From: Chthoniobacteraceae bacterium
GTDB taxonomy: Bacteria; Verrucomicrobiota; Verrucomicrobiia; Chthoniobacterales; Chthoniobacteraceae
Assembly: GCA_040081625.1 (NCBI GenBank)
Contig: JBEBGD010000001.1
Location: 64,001-128,000, forward strand
Length of the DNA: 64,000 bases
Direction of reading: 5' to 3'
The notes below the pieces were generated by a model. The model did not search any database. It worked only from the letters and a program-made list of their open reading frames with translations, and had not been told where the DNA came from. Both the position numbers and the translations under genes were made by a program. The first letter of the stretch is position 1. Each line of letters begins with the position of its first letter. Shown here piece after piece: positions 8,729 through 18,767 of the stretch.

Positions 8729-10642
8729 TCACCGATTGATGATGAACGGCCCGCCCGGGAAGCCGCGTGGCGGTCCCTTCGGCTGCTTGAGCGCGGGCTC
8801 GAGCCTCGTCCTGAACTCCGGCGTGAGTGTGTCGGTCGTCGCGACCCACTGCGTCGCCGCTTCGCGATTCTTCCGCGCCCAGTTTGAGACGACACCCATG
8901 AGTGCGTTGTCGCGCTTGCCGGCGTCGCCGATCGCGAGCGCCCACGCGGTCGCGCCTTCGGGATCGTTCTGCACCACGGAGAAGGCGAAGTTCTGGATCG
9001 CGTTGTCGCGCGTATTGCCGGCGGGGATCGTCTCCAGCCAGCGCGTCGCCGCGGCCGGATCGCGCTGTCCCCAGATGCTCGCGATGCTGCCGACTGCGTT
9101 GTTGCGCGCCTCGTCGCTCTTTAGCTCCATCACCCATTTCGCCGCCGCCACCGGATCGCGGTTCGCCCAGCTCCCGGCGAGATTTCCCGCCGCGCCCGCC
9201 TGCTGCTCGGCGGTCAGCACCTTGAAGCGATCGACCGCCGCCAGCGGATCGCTCCGCGCGAGATTGCTCAGCGCCTGCCCGAGCAGTGAGCCCTTTTGCG
9301 AGCGGTCGTCGGGCAGCGCCGACGCCCAGCCGAGCGCCGCGTCGGGATCGTTGCGCGCCCATTCCGAGACGATCTGCTGGAGCGCCCATTGATTGTTCTC
9401 CGGCAGGTTGTCGATGAACCACGTCGCCGCCGCCTTCGGGTCCGTGCGTCCCCAGCGCCACGCGACCTGCTGGAACGCGTTGTCGGTCGCGTTGCCGGGC
9501 GGCAGTTCCTTGAGAATGCCGAGCGCCGTCGAGATGTCCGTGTCCACGAGGTTCTGCGCGATCTGCGCGAGCGCATTCTCGCGCAGTCGGCCCTCGGGCA
9601 GAGCGCGCGCGCCTTCGAGCGCGGCCTTGCTGTCGGACCCGGCCCATGTGCCGAAGAGGCTCTGGATGGCCTGGTCGCGGCTGCCGTCGTCGGGCAGCGT
9701 GCGCAGCCAGTCGAGCGCGGCGTGCGGATCGTTGCGCGCAAATTCTTTCGCAACCTGCTGCAGGCCCTGATCGCGCTGGTCGCCCGGCGGCAGCGCCAGC
9801 GCGTAGTCGCGCGCCGCGGCGAAGTCGCGCTCGAGCCAGCGGGTCATCGCGCGATTGCCGAGATCCCAGCGCAGCTCGGAGAGCTTCGCCGTGCGCAGCG
9901 CCTCGAGCACCATATGCGGGTCGGCTTCCAGCTTCTGATTGAGCGCGGCGCGCATCGCCCGCACGCGCAGGCCAGGGTCGGTGAGTTCCTGAGCGGCGGC
10001 GTAGGCGGACGTGAAATCATTCTCCGCCCACGCGGAGAAGACCGTGTCGTAGGCATTGGCCGAGTCGCGCCCGGTGAAGTTCTCCGCGATCAGCTTCAGC
10101 GCGGCGGCCGGGTCGCGCTTGGCGAGCGCGCCGGCGATCGTCGCGAGGCTGTCGTTGCGCGTGTCGCTCTTCTCGAGCGTGCGCGCCCACGCGAGCGCGG
10201 CGTCGAGGTCCTGCTCGGCCCAGGTGGTGAGCGCGGTGCGGCGGAGGAAGCCGGCGTTCGCGCTCCGCGGGAGAAGCTGCGAGTATTTCACCGCACCCGC
10301 CGGGTCGAGCTCCGCCCAGCGCGCGAAGAGAATGCCGAGCGCCATGTTGCGGTGGGTGAGCGGGAGCTGCATCGCTTCATTCACCGCGCCCGCCATCCCG
10401 TCCGCGCCGAGCGAGAGGCTGTATTCATAGAGCGTGCGCACGCGCTGGAACTCGTTCTTCCCGTCGATGAGCCGCCCAATCGCGCTGCTCGAAAGTGCCG
10501 CCGCATCGCTGGTGCGCGTCTCCGGAAACGGAGTCGCTGCGCCGGAGCGGCTGGAGTGCGAGCCGCCGCCGGCGAAGTAACCGATGGCCCATGCGGCGAC
10601 GAGGCCGAGGGCGAGGGCGGTGTATCGAAGTGGAGGGTTCAT
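8729..10642 (-). CDS. Exported or membrane-anchored alpha-solenoid protein with about 16 W-x3-DP-x-AA-x2-W repeats
   Basis: N-terminal hydrophobic segment followed by ~32-aa helical repeats, e.g. WAELDPAGAVKY, WARNDPDAALGW, WANRDPVAAAKW. Confidence 0.8.
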   Translation of the reverse strand: MNPPLRYTALALGLVAAWAIGYFAGGGSHSSRSGAATPFPETRTSDAAALSSSAIGRLIDGKNEFQRVRTLYEYSLSLGADGMAGAVNEAMQLPLTHRNMALGILFARWAELDPAGAVKYSQLLPRSANAGFLRRTALTTWAEQDLDAALAWARTLEKSDTRNDSLATIAGALAKRDPAAALKLIAENFTGRDSANAYDTVFSAWAENDFTSAYAAAQELTDPGLRVRAMRAALNQKLEADPHMVLEALRTAKLSELRWDLGNRAMTRWLERDFAAARDYALALPPGDQRDQGLQQVAKEFARNDPHAALDWLRTLPDDGSRDQAIQSLFGTWAGSDSKAALEGARALPEGRLRENALAQIAQNLVDTDISTALGILKELPPGNATDNAFQQVAWRWGRTDPKAAATWFIDNLPENNQWALQQIVSEWARNDPDAALGWASALPDDRSQKGSLLGQALSNLARSDPLAAVDRFKVLTAEQQAGAAGNLAGSWANRDPVAAAKWVMELKSDEARNNAVGSIASIWGQRDPAAATRWLETIPAGNTRDNAIQNFAFSVVQNDPEGATAWALAIGDAGKRDNALMGVVSNWARKNREAATQWVATTDTLTPEFRTRLEPALKQPKGPPRGFPGGPFIINR

Positions 10643-10676
10643 CGAGCGGTTGCCCGCCATTAGTCACCCGCCGCTC

Positions 10677-12743
10677 TCAAAACGCCACGCCAAAGCTGAA
10701 GTGAAATGCGCCGAGGTCCTCGCCCTCGCGCCGGTCGGGCCGCTGCGGCTCGACTACGGCATCAATCCCGACCGGCAGCGCATAGCGCAAGCCGATGCCG
10801 AGCGCGTAACGCATGTCGGTGATGCCGGCTTCTTCCCACGTCGTGAGATTTCCGGCGTCCGCGAAGACCGCGCCTTGCAGCCCGGCCACGCCGAGCGGGA
10901 AGGTGAACTCCGCGTTGAAGGCCGTGTAGAATTCGCCGCCGAGCGGATTGCCGCTCGCGTCCAGCGGCCCGAGTTCGCGCTCCGCGAAGCTGCGCACGGT
11001 CGTCGCGCCGCCGTTGAAAAAGCGCGCATCGATCGGGATCGTCGCCGCGATCGGCTGGATCGCGCCGACGCGTGCGCCGAGGGCGAGCTGGCACTTCGCG
11101 ACCGGCAGGTAGCAGGAGAAACGCACGACTTCCCGCGTGAACGACTGCTCTCCATCGACGAGCGCGACATCGAACGCCGTCGTGAGCACCCAGCCGCGCG
11201 TGGGCGCCATGGGGCTGTCGCGGAAGTCGATCGACTGCGTGGTGCCGATGCTCGTGAGCGTGTAGTCGGTCGGCCCGAGCAGCAGCGGATCGATCGTCGG
11301 TTCGCTGATCTTCACCGTGCTCTGCTGGAGGAAGACGCCCGCCTCCAGCCGGGGCAGAATCTTCCACGCGAGATCGGCGCGGTAGCCCGTCTCCTCCTTG
11401 CGATAGCCTTCCTCCTCGCGGTTCACGCGGAAGACTTTCGCGCGCAGGTTCAGCCGTGGCGAATCCAGGAACCAGGGATCGAAATACATCAGCTCCGCGC
11501 CGAGCCCGCGCTGCGAGTAGTCGGCGGAGAATGTGAGCGGGCGCCCGGTGCCGAGCAGGTTCCGGTCGGCGAGTTGCAGGCCGACCTTGAATCCATCGTA
11601 GGTGCCGAAGCCGAGCGTGAACCCGATCTCGCGGGACTTCGCCTCCTCCGCGAGCAGGTCGATCCGCACGGTGTCGTCCGGCTGCGCGGTGAGCGACATG
11701 CGCAGGTTCGTGAAGAGGCCGCTGCGCATCAGCTCGCGGTAGGTCGCGTCCACTTTCTTCGGGTCGTAGGTTTTCCCGGTCAGGTGCCGGAAGCGCCGCG
11801 GGAGGAAACTCTCGCGCAGCCGCGCGCCCTCCCCGGTCGTGTTCTTCGCCGTCACGCCGTCGAAGCGATGGAGCGCGCCCGGCTTCACCGCTAGCCGCAC
11901 CGGCACGCGGCCCTGCTTCGCGGACGCGGGCTCGGCGTCGAGCGCGACCGTGGCGAGGTAGTAGCCGCGCGACTTGTAGAACGACTCGAGATTGCGCTGC
12001 ATCGACACGGCGGCGGTCCGCGAGAACGGGCCGTCCTGCGGTTCGCGCAGCGCGGCGAGCAGTTCGTCGCGCGGGAAGATCGTCTCCCCGGTGAACACGA
12101 TGTCGCCCACGGTGTAGCGCCGGCCTTCGACGATCCGCACCGCCACGTCCGCGCGCGTGCCGCCGTCGCTGAGCTTCACGCCCGACGCGTCCACCTTCGC
12201 GTCGAGATGGCCCTCGCTGATGTAGAAGCCGCGCACGCGATCCGCGCCCGCCGCGATCTCGCCTTCGTTGAACGGCACCATGTCCGGCTCCTTCTCGAAC
12301 TGCTCCGGCGTCACGCCGATCATGTATTCAAAGAGCGTCGCGTCCGGATGAGTCGCGTTGCCCGCGAAGCTCAGTCCGCGCAGCAGCGAGCGCGGCCCCT
12401 CGACGATCTTCACCGTCACCTTGTCGCCGGCGATCGCGTAATCGGTCTGCGCCTTCGCGAAGCCGGCCTTCCGGTAGAATGAGCCGATGTAATAAGCCGC
12501 ATCGTCCGCACGCGCCGGCGTCACGCCCTTCTCGTCGATCTCCTGGATCTGCTGCGCGATCGCCGCGCGCAGTTCCTCGTCGGTGAACGATGTCGCGCCG
12601 CTGAACTGCACCTTCGACTCCGCCGCCGGCTTCACCGCACCGAGCAGCAGGTCCGCGCCGGCGAGCGCACGGTCGAGGTTCTCGTTCTGCGCGAGCGCGC
12701 CGGAAGCCGCGAGCAGGGGAATGAGGAGCAGGGCCCGATTCAT
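10677..12743 (-). CDS. tamA: TamA/BamA (Omp85) family outer-membrane protein; contains an internal 27-bp inversion
   Basis: Signal peptide, POTRA-like repeats, barrel motif RFFNGGATTVRSF, F.DAGN, C-terminal Phe. Coupled to tamB by an ATGA overlap. Confidence 0.88.
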   Translation of the reverse strand: MNRALLLIPLLAASGALAQNENLDRALAGADLLLGAVKPAAESKVQFSGATSFTDEELRAAIAQQIQEIDEKGVTPARADDAAYYIGSFYRKAGFAKAQTDYAIAGDKVTVKIVEGPRSLLRGLSFAGNATHPDATLFEYMIGVTPEQFEKEPDMVPFNEGEIAAGADRVRGFYISEGHLDAKVDASGVKLSDGGTRADVAVRIVEGRRYTVGDIVFTGETIFPRDELLAALREPQDGPFSRTAAVSMQRNLESFYKSRGYYLATVALDAEPASAKQGRVPVRLAVKPGALHRFDGVTAKNTTGEGARLRESFLPRRFRHLTGKTYDPKKVDATYRELMRSGLFTNLRMSLTAQPDDTVRIDLLAEEAKSREIGFTLGFGTYDGFKVGLQLADRNLLGTGRPLTFSADYSQRGLGAELMYFDPWFLDSPRLNLRAKVFRVNREEEGYRKEETGYRADLAWKILPRLEAGVFLQQSTVKISEPTIDPLLLGPTDYTLTSIGTTQSIDFRDSPMAPTRGWVLTTAFDVALVDGEQSFTREVVRFSCYLPVAKCQLALGARVGAIQPIAATIPIDARFFNGGATTVRSFAERELGPLDASGNPLGGEFYTAFNAEFTFPLGVAGLQGAVFADAGNLTTWEEAGITDMRYALGIGLRYALPVGIDAVVEPQRPDRREGEDLGAFHFSFGVAF
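10730..10776. repeat. Perfect 10-bp inverted repeat flanking a 27-bp inverted coding segment
   Basis: GCCGGTCGGG (10730-10739) and CCCGACCGGC (10767-10776). The spacer reads PLRLDYGIN on the + strand although the gene is on the - strand. Confidence 0.92.
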
Positions 12744-15700
12744 CGGAATCGCAGAAGATATTTCACCGACCCGGTGTAGCGCCCCTGCGTGTCGAGTTCG
12801 CCGAGGATGTAGGTCTGGTCGTTCACCTTGAACTTCGCCGTTGCCTCGCGCGCGCCCGTCTTCTGATCGACCGAGCCGAGTTCGAGCTGGAAGCGATCGG
12901 CGAAGCCCGCGTCGCCTTTTTTCGGCGGCGGTGGCGCGGCGGACGCGCCCTTCGACTTGAAGATCTTCTTCCACAGCGAACTGACCGCGAGCATCGCCGC
13001 GCGGCTCGCGAGCACGTCGGCGCTGCCGGTCAGCTCGCTCGTGGTCGTGCCGGTCGCGAGCAGCGAGACGATGTCCGCGTGCGGCAACGGCGGCTCGCTC
13101 GTGAGATGGAGCTGCGGCTCGGTCGCCTTGCCGAAGATGTCGGCGCCGACCGTGTAGGAGCGCACTCGCGACTGCGCATGCAAGTCGAGCGTCGGCTCAA
13201 AAGGAGCGGCCTTCGTGAAATAGACGTGCCCATTGTCGATCGTGATCGTGCTGAACGGCAGCGTGCCGGTGAACTGCTCGATCGTCACGTCGCCGTCGAG
13301 CCACGGCGCCCGGCCATCGCCGCCGAGCTGGAGATTCAGCGCCACGCGGCCGTTTGCGAGATTGCCCAGCACGCGGAAGGGATCGTCGGCGCGAGTCTTG
13401 ATCGCGACATCGAATGTCCACGCATCGAGCGGCGGCGGCAGCGAGATGTCCGGCGCGCTCGGCGCGGATTTCGGCGCCGGCTTCGGCTTGCCCGGCAGGC
13501 CGATGGGCAGGATGTCGATCTCCTTGAAGAACCGGCTCTGCGTGACGAACACCTCGCCCGTGACGGAGCCGGCCTTGAGCGCGCCGCCGATCTTGATGTC
13601 TGCATCCGCGCGCACGGTGATCGCGTCATTGCGCATCGCGAGCACGTCGTCGGCCTTGAGTTGGAGGTCGAAGGCGGGGTTCTGCAAATCGGTGAGGCCG
13701 ATGCTGCCACCGAGGTCGAACGTCCCGCCGCCGATCTCGCCCGCGAAGCGCTCGAAGCGCAGCGTGTCGTCCGCGAACGCGAGCCGTGCGTCGAACTTCC
13801 CGATCGCCGGCACGCTTTCATTGGCCATGCGCGCATCTTTTAAGTCGATCGTCGCCGCGCCGCTGAGCTGCGGCTTCTCGACCGTGCCGCCCGCATGAAC
13901 ATCGAGCGCGATGGTGCCGTCGATGCGGCGGATGGCGGGTGCGAGTTTTGGCAGCACGGCGAGCGAAGTCGGCGGCAACTGGATCGACACATCGAGCGGC
14001 AGCGCGGGATCGAGCTTCCCGGCTGCGGCGAGCTTCTCCACGTCGAGCGGCGCGCGCGCCTTCACGATGAGCGGGCGGATGAGCGGCTGTCGCACGGCGG
14101 CGTCGAGCGTGAGCGCGCCGGGCTGGTAGTTCAGCGCGAGGTCGAGTTCCGCCGCGTCGAACTGCGGCACCGCCTTCGCCTTGAGCGCGCGGCCTTCGAT
14201 TTTCAGTTCCACTTGCGGGCGCAGCGGCGTGCCTTGCGCGGCGAGGTGAAGCGTAACGCGACCACTGGCCGGCGCGGGCTTCACGAAGCCGGCGAGCAGC
14301 GGCTCTAGGTCGAGCTTGTCGGCTTGCAGGCTCACCGCGACGGACTGGGTCAGCGGATCGAACTCCGCGCCGCCGAGCCCCGCGAGGCCGTAGCTGATCT
14401 CGCCGGTGAGCGCGCGCTGGCCGCCCTGCACGAGTTCGAGGTCGCGCAGGCTCACGCGATCGTTTTCCCATGCGATCTGTGTCGCGAGCCGCGTCGGGCC
14501 GGAGGTCGCGCGCAGCTCCGCCTTCGCAGTGTCGGCGGTGTAGCTGCCGGTGAGACTGAAGTCGTCCAGCTCGATCGCGCCGTATCGTGCGCCCTTGAGC
14601 GTGATGCCCGCGTCGCCGTCGTTCTGCCCCGCCTTGAGCGCGCCCTTGCCGGACCAGCGCAAGTCGAGCGCGCCCTTGATCGGTTCCTTCACGTCGAAGA
14701 CCGCGAGCAGGGGATCGAGCACCGCGAGGTCGCGGATGCCGAGCGCGAGCGTGGCCTCGTAGAGCTGCGGCTGCTGGAAGTCGAAGCGGCCTTTCGCGCT
14801 CAGTTGATCGTTGTCGTTCAAGGCGACGGTGAATTCCTCGAGTTGCACCGCGTGGTCGCGAAAGCGCGCGCGGGCGGTGAGTTTGCGCAGCGCGAAATCG
14901 CCGAGCGAGATCGCGCCGCCGAGCTGGAGCTGGCCTTCCGCATTGCCTCTCGCGAACTGCACGCTCGCCTGCGTGTCGAGTTTTCCACCCAGCGTCCGCC
15001 CATTCACGTCGATCCCGAACTCGCCGAGGTTTGGCGCCTGCACCGTGAGCTGCAGCTCGCCGGGAGTGTCCGCGATGGTTTTCGCATCCGCGGGAAGCTG
15101 CACGCGGCCTGTCGCCGAGATCGTGTTGGCGCCGCGCTTGAGCGCGAACTCGCGCACGGTCACGTAGCCTTTGCTCGCCGTGAGTGCGACGCGCGCGCCG
15201 TCGATCGTGAATGTGCTCAGCTTCGTCGGGCCGAGCGTGATGTCCGCCTCGGCGTCGAGGTCGGAGAGCTGGATCGAGTTGTCCGGCGCGAACCGCACGC
15301 TCGCCGCGATGTCGCCATTCGCCGCGGGCGTCGCGACTTGATCGGCGGCAATGTCGCGCGCCTGGAAGCGCGCCTTCACCGTCGCCTTGCGCTCGTGGAA
15401 GCCGAGCGTCGCATCGAGCCCGAAGCTGCCGGCCGCCGTCACGCCGGGCGCGAAAGTGCTGGCGAATGCGGCGAGATCGGGAGCCTCGATCCGGGCGGTC
15501 GCATCCACGCCGCTCGCGAACCAGTCGTCGATTCGCCCCGGCAGCGCGATGCGGCTGTCGAGGGCGATCGTGTTTGGTCCGAACTGCACGCCGCCCCGCG
15601 TCTTCGCGGTCCCGTTTGCGAAGTCGCTCGTGAATTCGATGTGAGGAATCGCGATCGAACCGGCGGTGAGGTTTTCGACGGAAGTCTTGATCGTGCCGCC

Positions 15701-16690
15701 CCACGTGTGCGGCTTTTCGGGGTCGCCGGTGAAGTCGAGATCGAACGCCGCAAGGCGCTCGATCGGCACGCCTTTGACGCCGAAGTATTCCGCCGCTTCG
15801 CGCACGCGCACTCCGGCGATGGCGACTTGCAGGCGCGTGTCGTAGCTGTGTTCGAGGAATTCGCCTTTCGCGTGCTTCTTCTCCTCGCCGGTGAGCGTGA
15901 CGGAGAGTTCGCCGCCGAAGCCGTGCGACACGAGCGCGATCAGTCCGCGGCCTTCCGTGCGCCGCGAGGCGTCGTAGCGCAGTTCGTCGATGACGATGTC
16001 CGGGCCGAGTCGCATGCCGCGCTGGACGAGGTTGCGATTCGCGTAGCTCGTCTCCGCGCTCAGGTTTTCCCATACGGGGAGGCCGGGGATTTGGACGCGC
16101 GCGATGCGCAGGTAGCCGGTCAGTCGCGGATCAAAAAGCGCGTCGATCCCGCGCACGACCGTCTCGCTTTCCGGCGAGCGGACCCGGATGCTGAAGTCGT
16201 CGATGAGCACGCGATCCGAGAACGCCGCCGGCTTCGAGAGGATCGCGCGCAAGCTCTCGATCACGGACTTCTTCACCTCGCGCTCCTCGTGCGTCTGGCT
16301 CGGCAGCGCGATGAAGGCGAGGTCGGCGTGACGGAGTTCGTAGCTGGAAAGGAATTCGCCCACGCCTTCGCGCGCCAGCCGCCAGAGGCTGTAGTCGAAG
16401 CGCAGCTTCTCGATGCGGATCGACTCGACCGGCGTCGCGCCGTCGCCGCGTGGACTCGCGCGCAGATCGGTGATCGTGAGGCTCGTCCAGACGGTGCCGC
16501 CGAGCGCGAAGCTCACGTCGAGGTGTTGCTTGCGTGCGAAGATACGGGCGGCGATGGGAGCGCCGAAGATGATCAGCGGCCAGTGGAGCACGAGCAGCGC
16601 AAGCAGCGCCCACGCGGCGCCGCGTAGCAACCTGAGCGACCAGCTTCTCTTCGTTTTGGCCCGCGCGGGCGTGGCAGATTTCTCCGGCAT
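12740..16690 (-). CDS. tamB: Translocation/assembly module TamB (AsmA-like, DUF490 C-terminus)
   Basis: N-terminal TM anchor, long beta-taco repeats, C-terminal L.SEPPLP..DIVSLLATG; adjacent to the Omp85 gene. Confidence 0.88.
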   Translation of the reverse strand: MPEKSATPARAKTKRSWSLRLLRGAAWALLALLVLHWPLIIFGAPIAARIFARKQHLDVSFALGGTVWTSLTITDLRASPRGDGATPVESIRIEKLRFDYSLWRLAREGVGEFLSSYELRHADLAFIALPSQTHEEREVKKSVIESLRAILSKPAAFSDRVLIDDFSIRVRSPESETVVRGIDALFDPRLTGYLRIARVQIPGLPVWENLSAETSYANRNLVQRGMRLGPDIVIDELRYDASRRTEGRGLIALVSHGFGGELSVTLTGEEKKHAKGEFLEHSYDTRLQVAIAGVRVREAAEYFGVKGVPIERLAAFDLDFTGDPEKPHTWGGTIKTSVENLTAGSIAIPHIEFTSDFANGTAKTRGGVQFGPNTIALDSRIALPGRIDDWFASGVDATARIEAPDLAAFASTFAPGVTAAGSFGLDATLGFHERKATVKARFQARDIAADQVATPAANGDIAASVRFAPDNSIQLSDLDAEADITLGPTKLSTFTIDGARVALTASKGYVTVREFALKRGANTISATGRVQLPADAKTIADTPGELQLTVQAPNLGEFGIDVNGRTLGGKLDTQASVQFARGNAEGQLQLGGAISLGDFALRKLTARARFRDHAVQLEEFTVALNDNDQLSAKGRFDFQQPQLYEATLALGIRDLAVLDPLLAVFDVKEPIKGALDLRWSGKGALKAGQNDGDAGITLKGARYGAIELDDFSLTGSYTADTAKAELRATSGPTRLATQIAWENDRVSLRDLELVQGGQRALTGEISYGLAGLGGAEFDPLTQSVAVSLQADKLDLEPLLAGFVKPAPASGRVTLHLAAQGTPLRPQVELKIEGRALKAKAVPQFDAAELDLALNYQPGALTLDAAVRQPLIRPLIVKARAPLDVEKLAAAGKLDPALPLDVSIQLPPTSLAVLPKLAPAIRRIDGTIALDVHAGGTVEKPQLSGAATIDLKDARMANESVPAIGKFDARLAFADDTLRFERFAGEIGGGTFDLGGSIGLTDLQNPAFDLQLKADDVLAMRNDAITVRADADIKIGGALKAGSVTGEVFVTQSRFFKEIDILPIGLPGKPKPAPKSAPSAPDISLPPPLDAWTFDVAIKTRADDPFRVLGNLANGRVALNLQLGGDGRAPWLDGDVTIEQFTGTLPFSTITIDNGHVYFTKAAPFEPTLDLHAQSRVRSYTVGADIFGKATEPQLHLTSEPPLPHADIVSLLATGTTTSELTGSADVLASRAAMLAVSSLWKKIFKSKGASAAPPPPKKGDAGFADRFQLELGSVDQKTGAREATAKFKVNDQTYILGELDTQGRYTGSVKYLLRFR

Positions 16691-16778
16691 CGATGAGGCA
16701 TCGTTACCCGCGTGTGAATGGAGGCGCAAGACGCAGAGCAGTTGGCAGCGGACGGGCGAAGTGTTTAAGGTCCGCGCG

Positions 16779-17693
16779 ATGCAACTCACCCAGCGCGCCT
16801 GGCCGCACATTCGGCGCTGGCTCGGCACCTGCCGGGCCGTGTTTTGGCGCGCCTGCGTGAAATACGACGAGACCGATGGCGAACAGCGCGCTGCGTCCTT
16901 CGCCTACTACGCTTTCTTCGCGGTGTTTCCGCTGCTCGTGCTGATCATCTCGGTGAGTGCGATGTTTCTGAAAAGCCCCGACATGGTCGCGGACAAGATC
17001 GCCGAGCAACTGCGCCAGCGGCTTCCCGATCCGGAATTCTCGGAGCATCTGATCCAGACGATTCGCGGCGTCGTGAAGTCGCGCACGAAGGCGTCGCTGA
17101 TCGCGTTCGTGATCCTGACGTGGAGCGCGATCCGCTTTTTCCAGGCGCTCGTGCATGGCGTAAACAAGGCGTGGGGAACGAAGGATTACCCGTGGTGGCG
17201 AATGCCGCTGAAGAATTTCTCGATGGTTCTCATCCTCGCCAGCGCGCTGCTGCTCGGCACGGTCGCCCCGGCGGTGCTGAACAATGTCGAGTTCTTCTAC
17301 TGGCGGCACGCCTGGGAGTTTCACCTCGATTTCATCGTCGTGAATCACGTCTTCGAGACGCTCCGCTATCTGTTGCCGCCGCTGGTGCTCTTCTACGGCT
17401 TCACGATGTTTTACAAATTCGCGCCGCGCCGACGGACGCTTTTTCGCGAGATCTGGCCCGCGTCGCTCCTCGTCACGTTTGGCATGGATCAACTCCAGCG
17501 GCTCTTCCTGCTCTTCACGACGAACGTCACGAACTTCAACGCGATCTACGGCACGTTCGGGTCGATCGTCGCCTTCCTCCTGTGGATTTACCTCACCGGC
17601 ACGCTCATCATTTTCGGCGGCTGCTTTGCGGCAGCGCAGTATGAGATCCGGTTGAGCCTGAGCGACCAGTCGGAGTCGAACCACCCATACTGA
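16779..17693 (+). CDS. YihY/virulence factor BrkB family membrane protein
   Basis: AAS.AYY.FF..FPLL, YKFAP and YG.FGS....LLW.Y motifs. Confidence 0.9.
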   Translation: MQLTQRAWPHIRRWLGTCRAVFWRACVKYDETDGEQRAASFAYYAFFAVFPLLVLIISVSAMFLKSPDMVADKIAEQLRQRLPDPEFSEHLIQTIRGVVKSRTKASLIAFVILTWSAIRFFQALVHGVNKAWGTKDYPWWRMPLKNFSMVLILASALLLGTVAPAVLNNVEFFYWRHAWEFHLDFIVVNHVFETLRYLLPPLVLFYGFTMFYKFAPRRRTLFREIWPASLLVTFGMDQLQRLFLLFTTNVTNFNAIYGTFGSIVAFLLWIYLTGTLIIFGGCFAAAQYEIRLSLSDQSESNHPY

Positions 17694-18550
17694 TGCTCAC
17701 CGACACCCACGCGCATCTCGACTTCCCCGACTTCGCCGCGGACCTCGACGCCGTGCTCAACCGCGCGCGCAAAGCCGGCGTGCATCGCTTCATCACCATC
17801 GGCACGACGATCGAGGGAAGCCGCCGCGCGATCGAGCTGGCGGACCGATTTCCCATGGTCTGGGCGACGGTGGGCGTGCATCCGTCGAATGCCATGGAAG
17901 CGCCCGACGATGTGCTCACGCCGCTGCGCGAACTGGCGAAACATCCGCGCGTCGTCGCGCTCGGCGAATGCGGGCTCGATTATCACCGCCTGCCGGGCGC
18001 GGGCAGCCTCTCGCCACAGCCGGCGTATCTCGCGGAGATGCCGCTGAACGATCCGCGCGAAGCCGAGGCCTCGGTCCGCGATGGCGCGGTGAAGGCGAAG
18101 CAGTCGCTCATCTTCGAGCAGCAGCTCGATCTCGCAGTCGAGACCGCTCTGCCGCTGGTGATCCACGAACGCGACGCGTGGGCCGATACACTCGCGCAGC
18201 TCGATCCCTTTACTGGCAAGGCGCGCGCGGTCTTCCATTGCTTCGGCAAGGGATTCGATCAAGCCGGCGAAGTGCTCGCGCGCGGCCACCTCGTGAGCTT
18301 CACCGGAATCGTGACGTTCAAGAATGCGGCGAGCGTTCACGACTGCGCGACGCGGCTGGCGGCGGGCAGCTTCATGGTCGAGACGGACTGCCCGTTTCTC
18401 GCGCCGGTGCCCTTTCGCGGAAAGCGCTGCGAGCCCGCGCACGTGCGGACGACCGCCGAGCGGATCGCGGCGATGCGCGGCGTGCCGCTCGATCAACTCG
18501 CCGCGGAAACGGAGACGACGGTGAACGGATTCTTCCGATTCCGCCGCTGA
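17693..18550 (+). CDS. tatD: TatD family hydrolase (YcfH-like)
   Basis: DTHAH, GVHP, GECGLDY, IH.R, HCF, ETD.P.LAP. Confidence 0.92.
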   Translation: MLTDTHAHLDFPDFAADLDAVLNRARKAGVHRFITIGTTIEGSRRAIELADRFPMVWATVGVHPSNAMEAPDDVLTPLRELAKHPRVVALGECGLDYHRLPGAGSLSPQPAYLAEMPLNDPREAEASVRDGAVKAKQSLIFEQQLDLAVETALPLVIHERDAWADTLAQLDPFTGKARAVFHCFGKGFDQAGEVLARGHLVSFTGIVTFKNAASVHDCATRLAAGSFMVETDCPFLAPVPFRGKRCEPAHVRTTAERIAAMRGVPLDQLAAETETTVNGFFRFRR

Positions 18551-18726
18551 GCCGATGGTCGCGCGGCCGGGCGGGATACTTCGCGGGGCACGCGTCCGGG
18601 TTTGCCGCCGCGCCGCTGCCGCGGAGCACAGGCTCAACGGCAAAGCCGACGCGCGGAGAAGGCCGGGAGGTCGCGCGCGCGGTTCGTCACCTTCGGCTCG
18701 CGGCGAAGCGGCAGGTGCGTGGGCGA

Positions 18727-18754
18727 TTGACAGGCGTGCTCATCCATCCATCCT
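18727..18754 (+). promoter_or_regulatory. Putative sigma70 promoter
   Basis: TTGACA at 18727-18732 and a possible -10 CATCCT at 18749-18754, upstream of the ATG at 18768. Confidence 0.35.
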
Positions 18755-18767
18755 CCGCGCTCCACAC

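Noticed and set aside
18551..18726. GC-rich intergenic stretch with GGCAAA and a short inverted repeat (GGGTTTGCCG / CGGCAAAGCC), considered as a c-di-GMP riboswitch or sRNA
   Set aside because: It lacks the ordered GEMM architecture (GNRA tetraloop, receptor, second stem). An Infernal/Rfam search would be needed to support any RNA call.
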